This document shows positions 1 through 15,000 of a stretch of 64,000 nt of DNA, piece by piece (position 1 is the stretch's first letter; each line of letters begins with the position of its first letter). The DNA lies in the NCBI GenBank assembly GCA_964016885.1, contig OZ024747.1:87358001-87422000 (forward strand). Direction: 5' to 3'. The position numbers and the translations under genes were made by a program. The DNA comes from Eledone cirrhosa (Eukaryota). Under the pieces are notes generated by a model. That model saw nothing but the letters and a program-made list of their open reading frames with translations. It made no database searches and was not told the DNA's origin.

Positions 1-61
1 TTCACGTGTGAGAAGTATGAATGAACTCATCACTGGCTTTAATGAATGTCTTTTTTTACAG

Positions 62-79
62 AGGACGTGGGCGGCTTAC
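62..79 (+). other. Candidate 18-nt frame-preserving microexon
   Basis: Pyrimidine tract tctttttttacAG ends at 61, then AGGACGTGGGCGGCTTAC (GC-rich island), then GTTAGT donor at 80-85. Length is divisible by 3. No independent support. Confidence 0.25.
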
Positions 80-261
80 GTTAGTTACTTACTACTACAA
101 CTGCTGCTGATGCTGCTGATGATGATGATGATGGTGATGCAGATGATGATGATGATGGTGGTGGCGGTGGTGGTGGAGATAATAATGATATTACGCGATT
201 AACAACACTATTAACATCCTGCCATTACCACTAATGCAATTGATAACATCCATGAATACGG

Positions 262-1313
<1,052 letters not shown>

Positions 1314-1385
1314 CTCCCAGTAATTTATTATGCATCCCTAATAATGCTGATTACACCTACTTAACACCAGCACTAATATTGCTTC

Positions 1386-1411
1386 TGTGTGTGTGTGTGT
1401 GTGTGCGTGTG

Positions 1412-1454
<43 letters not shown>

Positions 1455-1493
1455 GTGTGTGCGTGTGTGTGTGTGTGTGTGCGTGTGTGTGTG

Positions 1494-1526
<33 letters not shown>

Positions 1527-1615
1527 TCGTTTATATGCTGACAGATATATAGAACGAAAATAGATAGAAAACGAAATAGAAAAAAAATACACAGAAAAAC
1601 CATTTTACTCATGCA

Positions 1616-1700
<85 letters not shown>

Positions 1701-1705
1701 ATATA

Positions 1706-1735
<30 letters not shown>
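1386..1735. repeat. (TG)n and (TA)n microsatellites
   Basis: Seen directly. Confidence 0.95.
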
Positions 1736-1736
<1 letters not shown>

Positions 1737-1778
1737 ACTAATATTGCTTCTGGTGTTGCAACACCACCACAGATTTAT

Positions 1779-1809
<31 letters not shown>

Positions 1810-1976
1810 AACTACTGCTGCTGTTGTTGCTACTGCTGCTGTTGGTGCTGCTGCTACTACTACTTCACCCACACAAACATAGCTACAACCTACCACCACT
1901 ATCACTACTACCACCACCACCACAACTACTACTACAAATACACCCCCACAATTCAAGATAACAAGCGGAAATTGAA

Positions 1977-2135
1977 GGGAGTTGGTGGGGTGGTGCCGGG
2001 TGGAGTAGAATGGGGTTGGTGGGGTGGTGCCGGGTGGTGCCGGGTGGAGTAGAATGGAGTTGGTGGGGTGGTGCCGGGTGGAGTAGAAGGGAGTTGGTGG
2101 GGTGGTGCCGGGTGGTGCCGGGTGGAGTAGAATGG
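1977..2135. repeat. G-rich minisatellite (~35-45 bp unit gttggtggggtggtgccgggtggagtagaa)
   Basis: Four imperfect units with a variable number of internal gggtggtgcc subunits. Confidence 0.9.
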
Positions 2136-2651
2136 AATAGAGGTTTGTTTTCCAAACGGGAGGTGTGGACAGTTGTTATTCGTTAGTTGTTTACATAACT
2201 CCCTATCACATTGTATTGTTGTGGTTATTGTTGTTGTCGTTGTTGTAGTATGTTGTATATGGAACCCGTGGTATATTGTTGTTTTAAGGTGTTGTTGCTA
2301 CTGTTGTTTATGGACACTGTTGCATATTTTTGTTGTTGTTGTTATAAATTGTAAGGTGTTACCGCAGCTGTTGTTGTTGTTGTTGTTGTTGTTGTATGTT
2401 AAATATATGTTTCACTAAATTTTTCAAAAGATTCGTAAAATGTGGTTCTATCTGAAAGAAGGGAAATTTAGTTTAAAAGTTAGCTTAAATTAAATACTTG
2501 CTTATCTCACTTTTGAGGAGAAGAAGGTTCATCATCTATGTATGTACCCCCGCACATTTACAGATTAATGTATACACGCGTATGTACGCATGCATACATA
2601 CACACATACATACATGCATACGCACATACATACGCACATACACACATACAC

Positions 2652-2682
<31 letters not shown>

Positions 2683-2984
2683 CATACATACATACATACA
2701 TTCATACATACATACATACATACATACATACATACATACATACATACATACATACATACATACACATTTATATGTATATGTAAATATATTTCATTTTTCA
2801 TTCATATATATTTTTTTTTCATTTTTCATTTTTCATTTTTCATTTTTCATTTTTCATTTTTCATTTTTCATTTTTCATTTTTCATTTTTCATTTTTCATT
2901 CATATATATTTTTTTATTTTTCATTTTTCATTCATATATATTTTTTCATTTTTCATTTTTCATTCATATATATTTTTATTTGTC

Positions 2985-3180
2985 TGACCCGAATTTTCTT
3001 GGTCGTATTTTTGGCTGTGCGAATGATTGTTTAAGCATCGTCTCAGTGTGTTGGTATTAAACGTTAGTTATAGCTCTGGTTTATCCGAACTATTGAGCAC
3101 TTTGCCGCACATTTCGAAGATTGTGTTTCGCTATTCACTGGGCCTAAGTTCCGATTCTCGATAATTTATTTGTATTTATA
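2985..3180 (+). mobile_element. Short TA-flanked element (family E), putative Penelope-like terminal remnant
   Basis: Homologous to 63285-63475 (tgacc.gaatt...catcgtctcagtgtg...gattctcg.taatttat). Ends in (TA)n and carries the bulged stem-loop at 3073-3098. Confidence 0.5.
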
Positions 3181-3191
3181 TATATATATAT

Positions 3192-3356
3192 GAATATTGG
3201 GGCATTAACATATTTTAGTAACAGCCTCAGTGTAAATCTTGAGAAACTGGGCTTCTCAGAATCAGAAAGAACACGACTAGTTAGGAAATTAGTAGTACAA
3301 TCAGTAAAAATATGTAAAACATTTCAAAAATGCTGTGTGTAATAACTGCATATACA

Positions 3357-3421
<65 letters not shown>

Positions 3422-3665
3422 ATGTGTGTATGTATATATATATATATAACAGAATAAAACATATGCACATGCAGATGCACACATATAACTCAAAACACAC
3501 ACATCTACACATACAGTAGCATCCATACATGCACGCACACGCGCATGCATGCAAGACATATCTACCTAGTTGATGTCTAAATTCCGATGAAAGAGTCTTG
3601 AATCTATGTTAGAAACCGACTCTGTCTATTGGTAAACATTTATAAAATTATGAAACCAGACCATA
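3192..3665 (+). mobile_element. 3' end of an R4/Dong-like (RLE-type) non-LTR retrotransposon
   Basis: Reads ILGALTYFSNSLSVNLEKLGFSESERTRLVRKL..., resembling the C-terminus after the RLE domain. Shares its 3' UTR with 52185-52400 and 59165-59550, and runs into a (CATA)n array. Confidence 0.65.
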
Positions 3666-4164
3666 CATGCATGCGTACATACATACATACATGCATGCGT
3701 ACATACATACATGCATGCGTACATACATACATACATACATACATACATACATGCGTACATACATACATACAAGCATGCGTACATACATACATACATGCAT
3801 GCATACATGCATGCATACATACATTCATTCGTGCATACATCATGCATGCCTACATGCATGCGTACATACATACATGCATGCATACATACATGCATTCGTA
3901 CATACATAATGCAAGCCTACATACATGCATGCATACATGCATACATGCATACATACATGCATGCCTACATACATATTTATGTACATAAGAACGTATGTAC
4001 GTACATGTCTGTGGGTGTGTAAGTGAATTACGAACGGTCTGTAACCTCAAACCAGCATGTGTGTGTACATGCGGTGTAGTAATTTTTGCCTACTAAAATT
4101 AGAAATTTTAGACATTTGTTGAATTAAAATTTAAATTTAAATTCGAAATAATTTTCTCTGACCA

Positions 4165-4300
4165 CATTGATTTTAGCAAGGTCTTCAGCAAGATCCTCCT
4201 CACACCGCGCTCTTCCAGCCATCAGAAGCGGGCGTCACCCTCAATAAGCCAGATTCATGCCTAATCGATCCACCGCTGACCACATTTCTGCTCTCCGCCC
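4165..4300 (+). mobile_element. Decayed LINE (RTE-like) reverse transcriptase fragment
   Basis: KVFSKILL...Q*ARFMPNRSTADHISALR matches the RT domain 0-2 motif Q.GF...RST.DHI..LR, with frameshifts. Confidence 0.6.
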
Positions 4301-4623
4301 CAAATTGTATACTCAGTTTTGATGTAGGAAAAGATATGATTTTTTATCAGTTTATCGACGGCATATTTTTGGTATGAATTTTGTCGTTATTTTCCTCAAC
4401 AGATTCCGGCCAGATAAGGCATTTGGTGACATGAATCACAAGACAATATGTCATAGTAACTGGAACAGTTGTACATCCCCCATCTTTAATAAATCCCACA
4501 TTTCATTAACGCAAATCAAACTCCTTCAAATATATTTACAAGTTACACGTTTTTTAATATAATTAATTGATGTTTTAGAAATGAATTCATACATGTATGT
4601 TTATACACCCCAATATATATATA

Positions 4624-4701
<78 letters not shown>

Positions 4702-4739
4702 CATATATATATATATGTGTGTGTGTCTGTGTCTGTGCA

Positions 4740-4995
4740 AAAAGTAAAGGAAATAAAAGAAGTAAACAACACGGTACTATGAAGAAATATATTAGTTTAA
4801 CGCTTGATATTTTAGGAAAAGAGTCTTTGCGTTTGAGACATAAGTCCTTCATCAGAAGATAGGATGAAAAATAAAAGATCAAATAGAAAGATAGGGGCTG
4901 AAAAAAAGGAAGGAACGGACAAAAATGTTTTTGAGAAAAACGTGTGTATTCTGTCGCCACCCTGGAGAAAGGTTCACCGCATTTCTGTATGACAA
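4740..4995 (-). mobile_element. Family C element with degenerate hammerhead (4824-4859)
   Basis: Homologous to the 16.9, 26.9 and 47.9 kb copies. CUGAUGA is intact but GAAA is mutated to CAAA. Confidence 0.55.
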
Positions 4996-5414
4996 ATATA
5001 ACCTGATTTATATAGTTGCGATAAAATAGAGTTATGTTTGTCAAACAGAAATGAGCTGGAGCTTTCTAATAATTATATACACATGATTGCAAGGCAACAC
5101 TGGCAATGGATCAGTTGTTATTTCTCTCACATATGGAAATGAAAAATGAAATTTACAGCTCACACCTATATAGGTTTAGCAGATCCCATACGAACTTGCA
5201 TTTCATGGGTGGGACAGTCCTATCATGAAAAGCAGCGAGAAATTAAGTTTCTAAGGGTCTAGGAATCGAAGCCAAGATAGTCCAATATTCTAACAACTAA
5301 ACTACGCCCCTTCATCTCAGCAATTAATTAATTCACATTTTCGAATGACTGTTAATTGATATCTTCCTTTGCACATGTTATTTCACCTGCCTTCTGTGTT
5401 AAAGTACCAAGTAT

Positions 5415-5886
5415 CAGGGGGGATTAGGGGGCCAGGGTGAAGCCATGAGTCTCCTCCCCCACAAAAAAATAATAATTATATTTTTCTCTCCAAACTTCCA
5501 AAGCACAAATCTATTTGTATATGCGCTACAATTTATGTAATGTTCTGTTTATCACATATCGAAGTTGATTGATATTTGATAATAGCAGTGCAAAATATTG
5601 TTAACCTTCATAGTAAATTTTTTTGTCATGTCAACTTTTTCTCCACATATCACTATTTGCCAATTTCTAGTATATGTATTCAGAGACAGATTTCACAGGT
5701 AATTTTGCTATAAAATCTTTATAATTATTGAAAGCTGTAAATGTAATATGACCTGCTGGGACTCAAATTGCATTTTCTGATCATTTTAGAGTGCAAAGAG
5801 CTAAACTAATCATTACAACTAAATTGACTAAATTTGCGCCCTCCACACACAGACTCACAAATTTAGAAATAGTTCCACCGCTCCTG
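5415..5886. mobile_element. MITE-like insertion with CAGG termini
   Basis: Starts CAGGGGGG and ends CGCTCCTG. It interrupts a segment (5330-5960) whose uninterrupted paralogue lies at ~6230-6390, giving an empty site. Confidence 0.5.
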
Positions 5887-8142
5887 AATATACCAACTGC
5901 TTCTAATTTTTTTTTTTTTTTTAGTTTATCATTGTTTTAGTCACTTCCTTAATCTGTTTGTAATTTGGCAGAGCAGTCAGAGCGTCGAATTAAATATCTC
6001 GATATTAGTTCCGAAGTTAATTTTGCCTTTTATCCTTTCGGGATTTGATAATTAAAATAGCAGTCCGTCGGTGGTGGACCGTTGTCATCATAAAAGCGGT
6101 AACGCTTCTGTCAGGCGACCGACAGTATTGGCAATGGAAAGACTAATAGAAATTTAGTTTCCTTAGTCCGATCTGACAATCGGTTTCTCATAATGCTAAA
6201 CATTAAATTACATTTTTTTTAAATCTCAGAAATTAATTTATTCATAATTTCGAACGATTAGCTGTAATTAGTAATCACCTTCTTTTGCACGTGTTATTTC
6301 TAGTTTCATTTGTGTACAGGTGCCAAATATACCAGTTTCTTCTATTCATATCTTATCGTTGTTTTTAGTCATCTCCCTACTTTGTCCTTAATCTGTATTT
6401 AACACCTCATGGAAATGATAACCACATATGTATGTTTAGTTAGTTTATATATATATTGCTCCCCGCATTAAATGTTAACTAACTTAACTATTGTTTTCCT
6501 ACAGGTAGAGTCTCTGAATCATTTATTCTCCAAATACTTTTATTTCCTGTACCAAACTATGTATATATTGTGAGTATGCTTAGTTATTATTTCATCACTA
6601 TTTCAGCAAGCACAGCTTTAGACTATGCTTCTCTGATGAGGTCAACGACCAAAACTTAATCGGATTTATCTTTTTATTGCATGTTATATTTTGATGACAA
6701 ATATATTCGAACAAAGCTTGCAGAAAGACTTTCTAGCAAATTGAACAAAAGTGTAGTGAAATAAAATTATCCCTACTCAAAAATTTATTTTCCAACGTGA
6801 CAAAGTTGGATATTTATCACAATATTTTCATTCTCGTCTCGTTGTTCAGTTTATATTCTGTAACAGTTCAAAAGGATAAATGAGTATAAAATAATAATAA
6901 TAACTAGTATTGCATTACTGGAGTGGGAGTGGAGTCATGGTTTACGCTAATTATAAGAATTTATTTTAACAGCAGTTTGTAAGTTACTTTTGCTTTTCAA
7001 GCACAACAGGTATGATAGCTTTCGCTATAAGTCATTATTCAGAACGAAATAAAAACACCTTTCAAACCAAATGCTTTTGATGTTTGTTGTTGTTCTTATT
7101 TTGCCTTCAGGTCGATCCTAATTGAGCAAATTACGATCAGATATACACCAACCACACTCTTACGCCCCGTTTTCTTCATAACTAACATATAATGACATAT
7201 AATTTAAAGACGGCATGATGTGATATGAGAGAAATTTGGCTGCAAATGCCTATACAGACTCCCTCTTTGGCTTGGCGTCTGATGTTTTTGTTATAAACGT
7301 TCTTCAAGTGATTTATTAGTGAGAACAATACGCCGATTATAAACGAACAGGTTTGCAAGAAATATTTTGTAAATAAATAATCGTTTTAAGGCCAGAATAT
7401 CGAGAGGGCGGTAACAACTAGTTATATTGACCTTAGAACGTAAACAGCCGTAGCTAAATACTGCAAGTCATTTTGTCCGACATTCTAATTTACAAGGGTG
7501 GGATAGAAAGTCAGTGAAATTAACCCTAGTATTTGAGTGGATTTGAACTGGGTGGGATTTGAACTGGGTGGGATTTGAACTCAGAACATAAATATATTGA
7601 TTTAAAGAGATACTGGGAAGTGAGATAGAATAAGTCAGAGAGTGTAACTAAGAGACAGACTGGGTGTGAATAGAGAGAGAGAGAGAGAGAGAGAGAGAAC
7701 TGAAAAGGAGAAAGTCATTGACATTTAATGATAGAAATATGAACGAGGGGAGTGAGTGCGAGTGATTAGCTGACCGGGTTTATGGCAGTCAAAAGGTGTG
7801 GTGAGCTTCCACAAGAGACTAAAGCGTTTGAAATTTCAAAAAGCTAATTCAAGATCCATAGATGTGGTTTAGATATTGTTAATGGAATTTACAGGTTTTA
7901 CCTCTGGAGACAGTTTGACTTAACATGTACCGAAATTTCCTTAAATCCTACATTCTTAAACGTATAATATCGACATGCCTCCGAGGAGTGGTGTGCACTG
8001 TAAATCAGAGCCGATGTTGATTTCCATTTTGTTTTATATGTTATTCTTTTGCTGTACAAATTTTTTTCAAGCCAGGTACTTATTTTGTCAAACCATTACG
8101 TTACGATACATAAATACAAAAGCGCACACGCACACACGCACG

Positions 8143-8286
<144 letters not shown>

Positions 8287-8324
8287 ATTGATCTAGTCTA
8301 ACTACAGTTGTGGATAACTGGTTT

Positions 8325-8460
8325 CGAAATCTTAGTGAAAGATTTTCTCATATATCACAGTGAAACGGTTTTGCTTCAGCTTGTGTTCCTTTGTGCTTTG
8401 TTAAAATACTAATATGAACAAAAGTTTTCACATATTTCATCGTGGTTGGTGTTGTTCGTG
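8325..8460 (-). pseudogene. Decayed C2H2 zinc-finger fragment
   Basis: Minus strand reads EICE/TFVHISILTKHKGTQAEAKPFHCDI*, resembling C..CGKTF.....L..H.RIHTGEKPFHCDIC with a frameshift and a stop. Confidence 0.45.
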
Positions 8461-9924
8461 TGGTGAATATATTTAAGCCTTCATATTTTGAAAGAAATGT
8501 TTTCAATAATATTTGTATGTAATATTTCTGTGAACGTGATTTGAGTATGCAACCATCTTTCTCGGGGTATACGCCTGGGTCTCTAGCCAGTTGGTTTTTC
8601 CCGTAATGTCTTAGAAAAGTATCGCTGGACAGATTTTACAGGCAAGTTGACTAGGTATATAAAATGAAACGTACGGTTGTCTAACACAATTTCATCTGGG
8701 GTCAGAAGAGACACTATTGTGAGAAATTCACACGTATGATAATTCGAGACGAATATTAAATTTCTGAGTTCTGCATCACTTCAATAATATTACAAGGGAT
8801 ACGAACCTAGTCGATTTCTTGGCAAAATAATTCTTAGCCAGATTGTACGTGACAAAATATGTGACGAAGATGGACTTTTAATTTACAGATAGTTTCCATT
8901 TAGCTAATTTAACTTGCATGGATTGGGTAGACACGAGGTTATGGTAAAGATAAATTTCTTTATTAGCCACAAGGGCACAAAAGAAGGGGACAAATACAAA
9001 TGGGGAGTTTACATACAGGTATATGAAAATAAAACTATTAGTTGTCCAAGAAACAACACAGTGGGATCGAACTCGAGACTTTATAAATGTGAAGCGAAAT
9101 GCTTAACTACTGAGCCATGCCTGCGCCCATAATAAGACGACAGACTAAGTCACTGCCTTGTATACATATACACATATGTGTGTGTGTGTGAAAGAGACAG
9201 AAAGAGAGCGGTAAATATATTTATTTAACTATTTCTGAGACGCTTCGTATTTTCCTTCTAATTCAATTATTTCCCAAGCGTTGACACTAATATCGCCACC
9301 TCTGACATACTTTGGCTCATTGAACTTCCTTCCTTTCTCCACTGTCTATTTTCCTATGCTTCTCTAACTCACTCTTCTCTTTTTTTTTCCTCTCTTCCCC
9401 CTTTCTCTCTCTTCTCTTCCATGTCTTTCTTCCTTCCCTTTCTATCTTTTCTCCGCTATTCACTGAGACTGACTTGACCTAGATTGATGTTCTAGCAAGA
9501 TATTTGGATATTTGTTAAAAAACACCTGAAGGTGAATCTCAAACAAGAGGAAGATGGCTAATGCGGGAGCTTTTACATGATCACTCGATCTGCTAGAAAT
9601 ATCAGGACAGGATACATTAGATATTGTAGTCTTACATACTCCTATTAAGATGGAAGATTCAGGATTAGAAAGAACGCTTTTAGATCATTGGTCAATTGAA
9701 TGGTGATTGACCTACTTCTCTGTTATAGCTAGGTTCAAACCATCAACCCAGCTTCTTCTCTAAAGCCAGCAGAGTCACCAGTTTACTTCTTATTGTAAAC
9801 TCCAGTGTCTCTCAAACCCACCATACCAACTTCCGCACTAACCGTTTCGCTCAGTCATTCTTCACTTTCACTAAAAACATGTATGTGATTTCACAAACAC
9901 ATTAGTAGCTATACATAAACACAT

Positions 9925-10585
9925 GAATGTGTGTGTATGTGTGTCGTGTGTGTGTGTGTTGTGTATGTGTGTTGTGTGTGTGTTGTGGGTGTTGTGTGTG
10001 TGTGTTGTGGGTGTTGTGTGTTGTGTGTGTGTTGTGTATGTGTTGTTTGTGTGTTGTGTGTGTCGTGTATGTGTGTGTGTGCGCGTGTGTGTGTTGTGTG
10101 TGTGTGTTGTGTGTGTGTGTGTCGTGTATGTGTGTCGTGTGTGTGTGTGCCGTGTATGTGTGTGTATGTCTTGTGTGTGTGAGTGTGTGTCGTGTATGCG
10201 TGTGTGTCGTGTATGTTTGTGTGTTGTGTATGTGTGTGTGTGTGTCGTGCATGTGTGTGTTTCGTATATGTTTGTGTGTTGTGTGTCGTGTGTGTGTGTA
10301 TGTGTGGTGTATGTGTATGTGTGTTGTGTATGTGTGTGTCGTGTATGTGTGTGTTGTGTGTGTGTGTGTGTCGTGTATGTATGTGTGTCGTGTATGTTTG
10401 TGTGTTGTGTGTCGTGTATGTATGTGTGCGTGTGTCGTGTGTGTTTGTGTGTCATGTGTGTGTGTGCCATGTGTGTGTGTGTCGTGTGTGTGTATGAGCC
10501 GTGTGTAAATGGGTCATGTGTGTGTCGTGTGTGTGTATGAGCCGTGTGTAAATGGGTCATGTGTGTGCCGTGTGTGTATATGTGT
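9925..10585. repeat. Degenerate (TG)n-derived minisatellite with tcg/ttg interruptions
   Basis: Seen directly; includes a duplicated tatgagccgtgtgtaaatgggtcatgtgtgtg. Confidence 0.9.
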
Positions 10586-11043
10586 ATACGGATATACTTA
10601 TGTACATTCATGTATGTCTATGGCTGTATATACATCTGAATGACATATACATATGTATATGTCATTCATGTATGTCTATGGCCGTGTATACATATGTATA
10701 TGTCATTCAGAAAGATTTAAGTACACCAGCTTCAAGTTTAAAGACATTTCTCACAAGTTTTACATAATAAAACTGATCAATAAATAGTCGTTGAAAAGCG
10801 AGAAAAGTCTGTCTGTCTGTCTGTCTGTCTGTGAGATGTTCACACGTGTTATGAAGCATGACACTAGGCTGTCATTTAATTCGGGTTTTTTTTTTGCCAA
10901 GTGTATATTGCCAAAATTGCCCAGTAAAATATGATATTCCAATAAATCATCTTACTATCTCTCCTGAAAATCCTTAGTATTCCCCACTGATACATGCGTG
11001 AAACTCCGTTTCGTGGATTTAATTACCCCCCCCCCCTCTCTCG

Positions 11044-11086
<43 letters not shown>

Positions 11087-11087
<1 letters not shown>

Positions 11088-11253
11088 AGGAAAATGTTTA
11101 ACCCCGACGGCAGAGCTCAAGCCGTTTCGACGGCTATCGTCGAAACGGCTTGAGCTCTGCCGTCGGGGTTAAACATTTTCCTATTACCCACTCTACTACC
11201 CTAAGTATTGAGTACTCTGGTGCGTTATCTGGTTCCTTACCACACCTCCTTTG

Positions 11254-11255
<2 letters not shown>
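11087..11255 (+). mobile_element. Family A fold-back element (3' half of a hammerhead plus bulged stem-loop) in (TA)n
   Basis: Inverted repeat 11087-11183 followed by a shared tail ending ...cctttgTTA(TA)n. Seven copies in the window. Confidence 0.75.
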
Positions 11256-11297
<42 letters not shown>

Positions 11298-11659
11298 TTA
11301 TATGGTGTGTGTGTAAAATTAACGTTCAGATAGATGTTATATATTCGCATTTATGTGAAGAATATATTGCAGTCTCCATTTCATGCCGCAACAACTGGCG
11401 ATGGGCTTGTGACTTGTCTCGGGAGGCGTGGGGTGGACGGACAAAGTTTGCGTATTCAGAGGCCCCAAATAGGAGCCTGGAACATTACAACCATCACATA
11501 AGGAGCAAGAACTAGTGGGTGAGGCTAGATACTACTAGCTAGGTATAGTCGGGGGTTTCCTCAACAAAGTTCCGCGGCTCTGATACTGTAGATTTGGCTG
11601 GAAGGTGGAAACTCCACAAGTCAGGTGCGGAACTAGAAATGACTGCACTGGCGAAAGAA

Positions 11660-12025
11660 TACAATCGCGAATACAAGCAGCCTAAATGGGGTTCCTCCGA
11701 AGGGTCCCTGGAGCAACGTTATTCGATAAAGGGCGTAGTTCGGAAATCAGAGAGCCGCTACTTCTCCGAATTGAGAGATCACAGCATATGCTTAGAATGT
11801 CTGATGAAATAATCGCTGGACAGATTTTCCGGGCAGAACCAACTGGCAGGAGACTCAGAGGTAGACTCCGAGGAAGATGGTTGGATAATATCAATGAGCT
11901 TGGCTGGTTTCTCTTGGGGATCCAACCGGATCAGCTGGAGACGGTTATTTCTGACAGGACCCGCTGGAGGGGAGTGTTTAAGGGCTCTGCCCCCACAACC
12001 TTCTCAAGAAGATGGTGAAGACGAT
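11660..12025 (+). mobile_element. RTE-clade (Rex3/Expander-like) LINE 3' fragment
   Basis: MGFLRRV...RSSEIREPLLLRIERSQ...GRRLRGRLRGRWLDNI, typical of the RTE C-terminus. Internal deletions. Confidence 0.85.
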
Positions 12026-12287
12026 GTCTTATTTCCACTATTTTGTACTCTTTCCCAATACTTCAAGCAAACTACCAGACTGTCTTATACATACACACAC
12101 GTATACACACACACACGCGCGCGCGCGCGCGCGCACACGCACACACACACACACACATGCACAGATGCACACACACACATATGCACACGCACACCCATAT
12201 ATATACACACACACATACATACACAAACACATATACATTTGTGTGCGCGGTTTCGTGTCTGTTTGAAATATTTGCGTTTGCATGTGT

Positions 12288-12339
<52 letters not shown>

Positions 12340-12516
12340 ACGCATACATACATTCATACATACAATATATATGCATCGTATTTCCGTATTTACGTACGTG
12401 ACACAGACATTTGTCTAACCCCATGTCTCCGCACATACATTATTTGTATGCGTGGTGTATGTTCATGTACGTGTGTGTGTGATGTATGAATAAATGGATG
12501 AGCGCGTGTCGTTTAT

Positions 12517-12591
<75 letters not shown>

Positions 12592-14344
12592 TGTACACCG
12601 TTTACATAGATAGCTGTCAAACTATGCCATATCAGCCGAGCCGGAGAAGAAACGGACCACGAGTGTTAACAACTAAGTAATCAGTGGAGAATGCGTTAGG
12701 CGGTTTTGAAATTGTCTTTAAACCTTATACATATATTGATTAAGTAATTGGTCTATCAGCGACCCGTCTTCGTGATTATCCGCAAAATGTTGCTGAACAA
12801 AGCCATATGTTGGCAGCTTCACGTCAGTTTACTACCATGTAATCAGAGCAAGATAGCTAAACAGCAACAACAACAACAACAATATCAACAACAACATTAA
12901 TAACAACAACGCCAATAACAACAAGAGTAATTAACGGATAGCATGACGAAATGAAGATGAAGACATCTCTATTTGGGAAACGGGGTTTCATCGCCAAATT
13001 TCTGTTCATTAGGAATTCCTGAAATACATTCTGGTTGTCAAAAATTCCGGCAAAAAATATATTTGTTGGATTTATTTTATTTTTATAAATATCATTTATT
13101 TATTTATCTATTTATTTATTTATCTATCTATTTTCTCTTAAATTTGTTTTATTCATTTACGTTTTTATATTTTTGAGATTTCGTTGTAAACAAACCAGCA
13201 ATTATGTATTGTTTGTTTATAATTTGAGTTATAGACTTTCTTGATAATCTTAATGAAATTTGATATCGTTTTTATAACAAAGTTTTATGTTGAGCGCCGT
13301 TGAAGAGAGTAAACTTGTTGCGATCCAGGTTTTATAATCTTCGGTATTAATTTCTTGAATACGAAGCAACGAGAGAACCTCTTTCTGGTTATCTTGACTT
13401 GCGAGAAATATCAACTCATTAAGGAAGGACAAATTAGATGATATATTGAAGGATATATATGACAAAAAGGGAGACATTGTTGGAACGATTTTGGTCATAC
13501 GTATGCTGAATCTGGACTAACTTGGAATTAAACAACTACGACAATAACAGCGATGCTTTGGATAGTTAATTCTTTTCAGTTACTCATAGGAAAAATACGA
13601 ATATCTCAGAATTTCATGTCTTTCTCGCGTTTATTTTGGTATGAATTTTGTTTGTATAGTGAGTTTGTTTGACGAAATTTTCAATAATGATGTTTAATTG
13701 TTGACAAGTTCATGAAGATAGTTTGTTAGTTAATGGCTTTAGTGTTAGTAAATGTCACGTCTTGTCCACCAGCACATTGTCTCACCTTGGCCCAGTTCAA
13801 ACATAAAAACGTCAGCCGAAGATGGTTATAGAAGTGTGTGTGCTCAGTATAATATAGAAATTGGAAGAAAACTGCTAAAATGTTATAAGAAAGACCAATC
13901 TATATATATATTATTGTGACCTCCCTAACATGGTGCAATAACACAAGAGTTATTGAGGGAGTTTTTATTGTGAAATCTAGAATGACATAAATAATTATTC
14001 AATTACCGTCGTACAAGTTAAAATAACCACTTCTAGTGACTTTATAAATGATGATCTAACATGATCATGCGAGTAATTAGTTTCATAAAGTTTGCAACTT
14101 TTTCGAAGGCTCACCATGCATTTACAACAATGAGTAATTGCAACACACTACACCACACACCACAAACCACCTCATTTTAAGAAAACCGTCACGGGTGATA
14201 TATCTGTATTATACAGCATGTCTAGCAAAAATGCTAAGCACATAAACAACTCACGCACATCATAAACGCACGACTTATGACGTATAAATCTAATGATCAA
14301 ACTTCAAGTTTCAAATTTCGTTGGCGAAGACAGAAAGACATTAT

Positions 14345-14640
14345 TATGAGTTCAAATCCCGCCGAGGTTCACTTTGCCTTTCATCCTTACGGGGTCGATA
14401 AAAAAAATACCAGTAATGCACTGGGTAATTGCTGGCCTTGTGCCTAAAGTAGAAACAATTATTATGCTGGCGAATTATCCAGTGCATCACTGGTACTTTT
14501 TATTTTATCGACCCCGTAAGGATGAAAGGCGAGATTAACTTTGCCTTTCATCCTTACGAGGTCGATAAAATAAAGTACCAGTAATGCACTTGGGTAATTT
14601 GCAGGCCTTGTGCCAAAAGTAGAAACAATTATTATGCTGG
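14345..14640. mobile_element. Cluster of partial tRNA-derived SINE copies (direct and inverted)
   Basis: B box GAGTTCAAATC, core ctttgcctttcatccttacggggtcgataa and tail gccttgtgcc.aaagtagaaacaattatt. An inverted core piece lies at ~14480-14535. Confidence 0.8.
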
Positions 14641-14759
14641 CGAAGAAAGAAAGAACTGCATAAAATTTCATAAAGTATAGATGGTTACAGCTGTCTTTCA
14701 GCTCCTGAAACATGCCAATGCACAAATCTTCCCCTGTATACGCCAATCGTTGTACCAAC

Positions 14760-15000
14760 GACGACATGCTCCCGTGACATAGAAAAAAGACCAGAAGAAT
14801 TGAGAGAGCTGCATGTCTTTCATAGACATTGACTTAGGGGAGTGTAGATAGCAGGGCAGACACATTAAGACCTGGTTAAGTGCTGTGGAGGAAGAGCTGG
14901 CACCCATGTGTCTGGTCTGGGACAAGGTTTGGGAGAAGGCCTACAACTGTGCATAATGAAGATCTCCCATCGTCCAATGGTCCATCGGGAGCAAAAGGAA
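14760..15000 (+). mobile_element. Decayed RTE/RTE-X C-terminal fragment
   Basis: GECR*QGRHIKTWLSAVEEEL resembles G.R.RGRP.KTW...V..D. Confidence 0.4.

Noticed and set aside
6628-6665. CTGATGA-GGTC(AAC)GACC-AAAA hammerhead-like motif
   Set aside because: G12 is lost and there is no convincing helix I or III; at most a dead relic.
9050-9130. tRNA-like sequence (also ~22100-22170 and the SINE heads)
   Set aside because: Only A/B-box remnants of SINE heads; no complete cloverleaf.
13250-13520. Coding-looking unique stretch
   Set aside because: Stops in all plus frames, and the 82-aa minus ORF matches no family I recognise.
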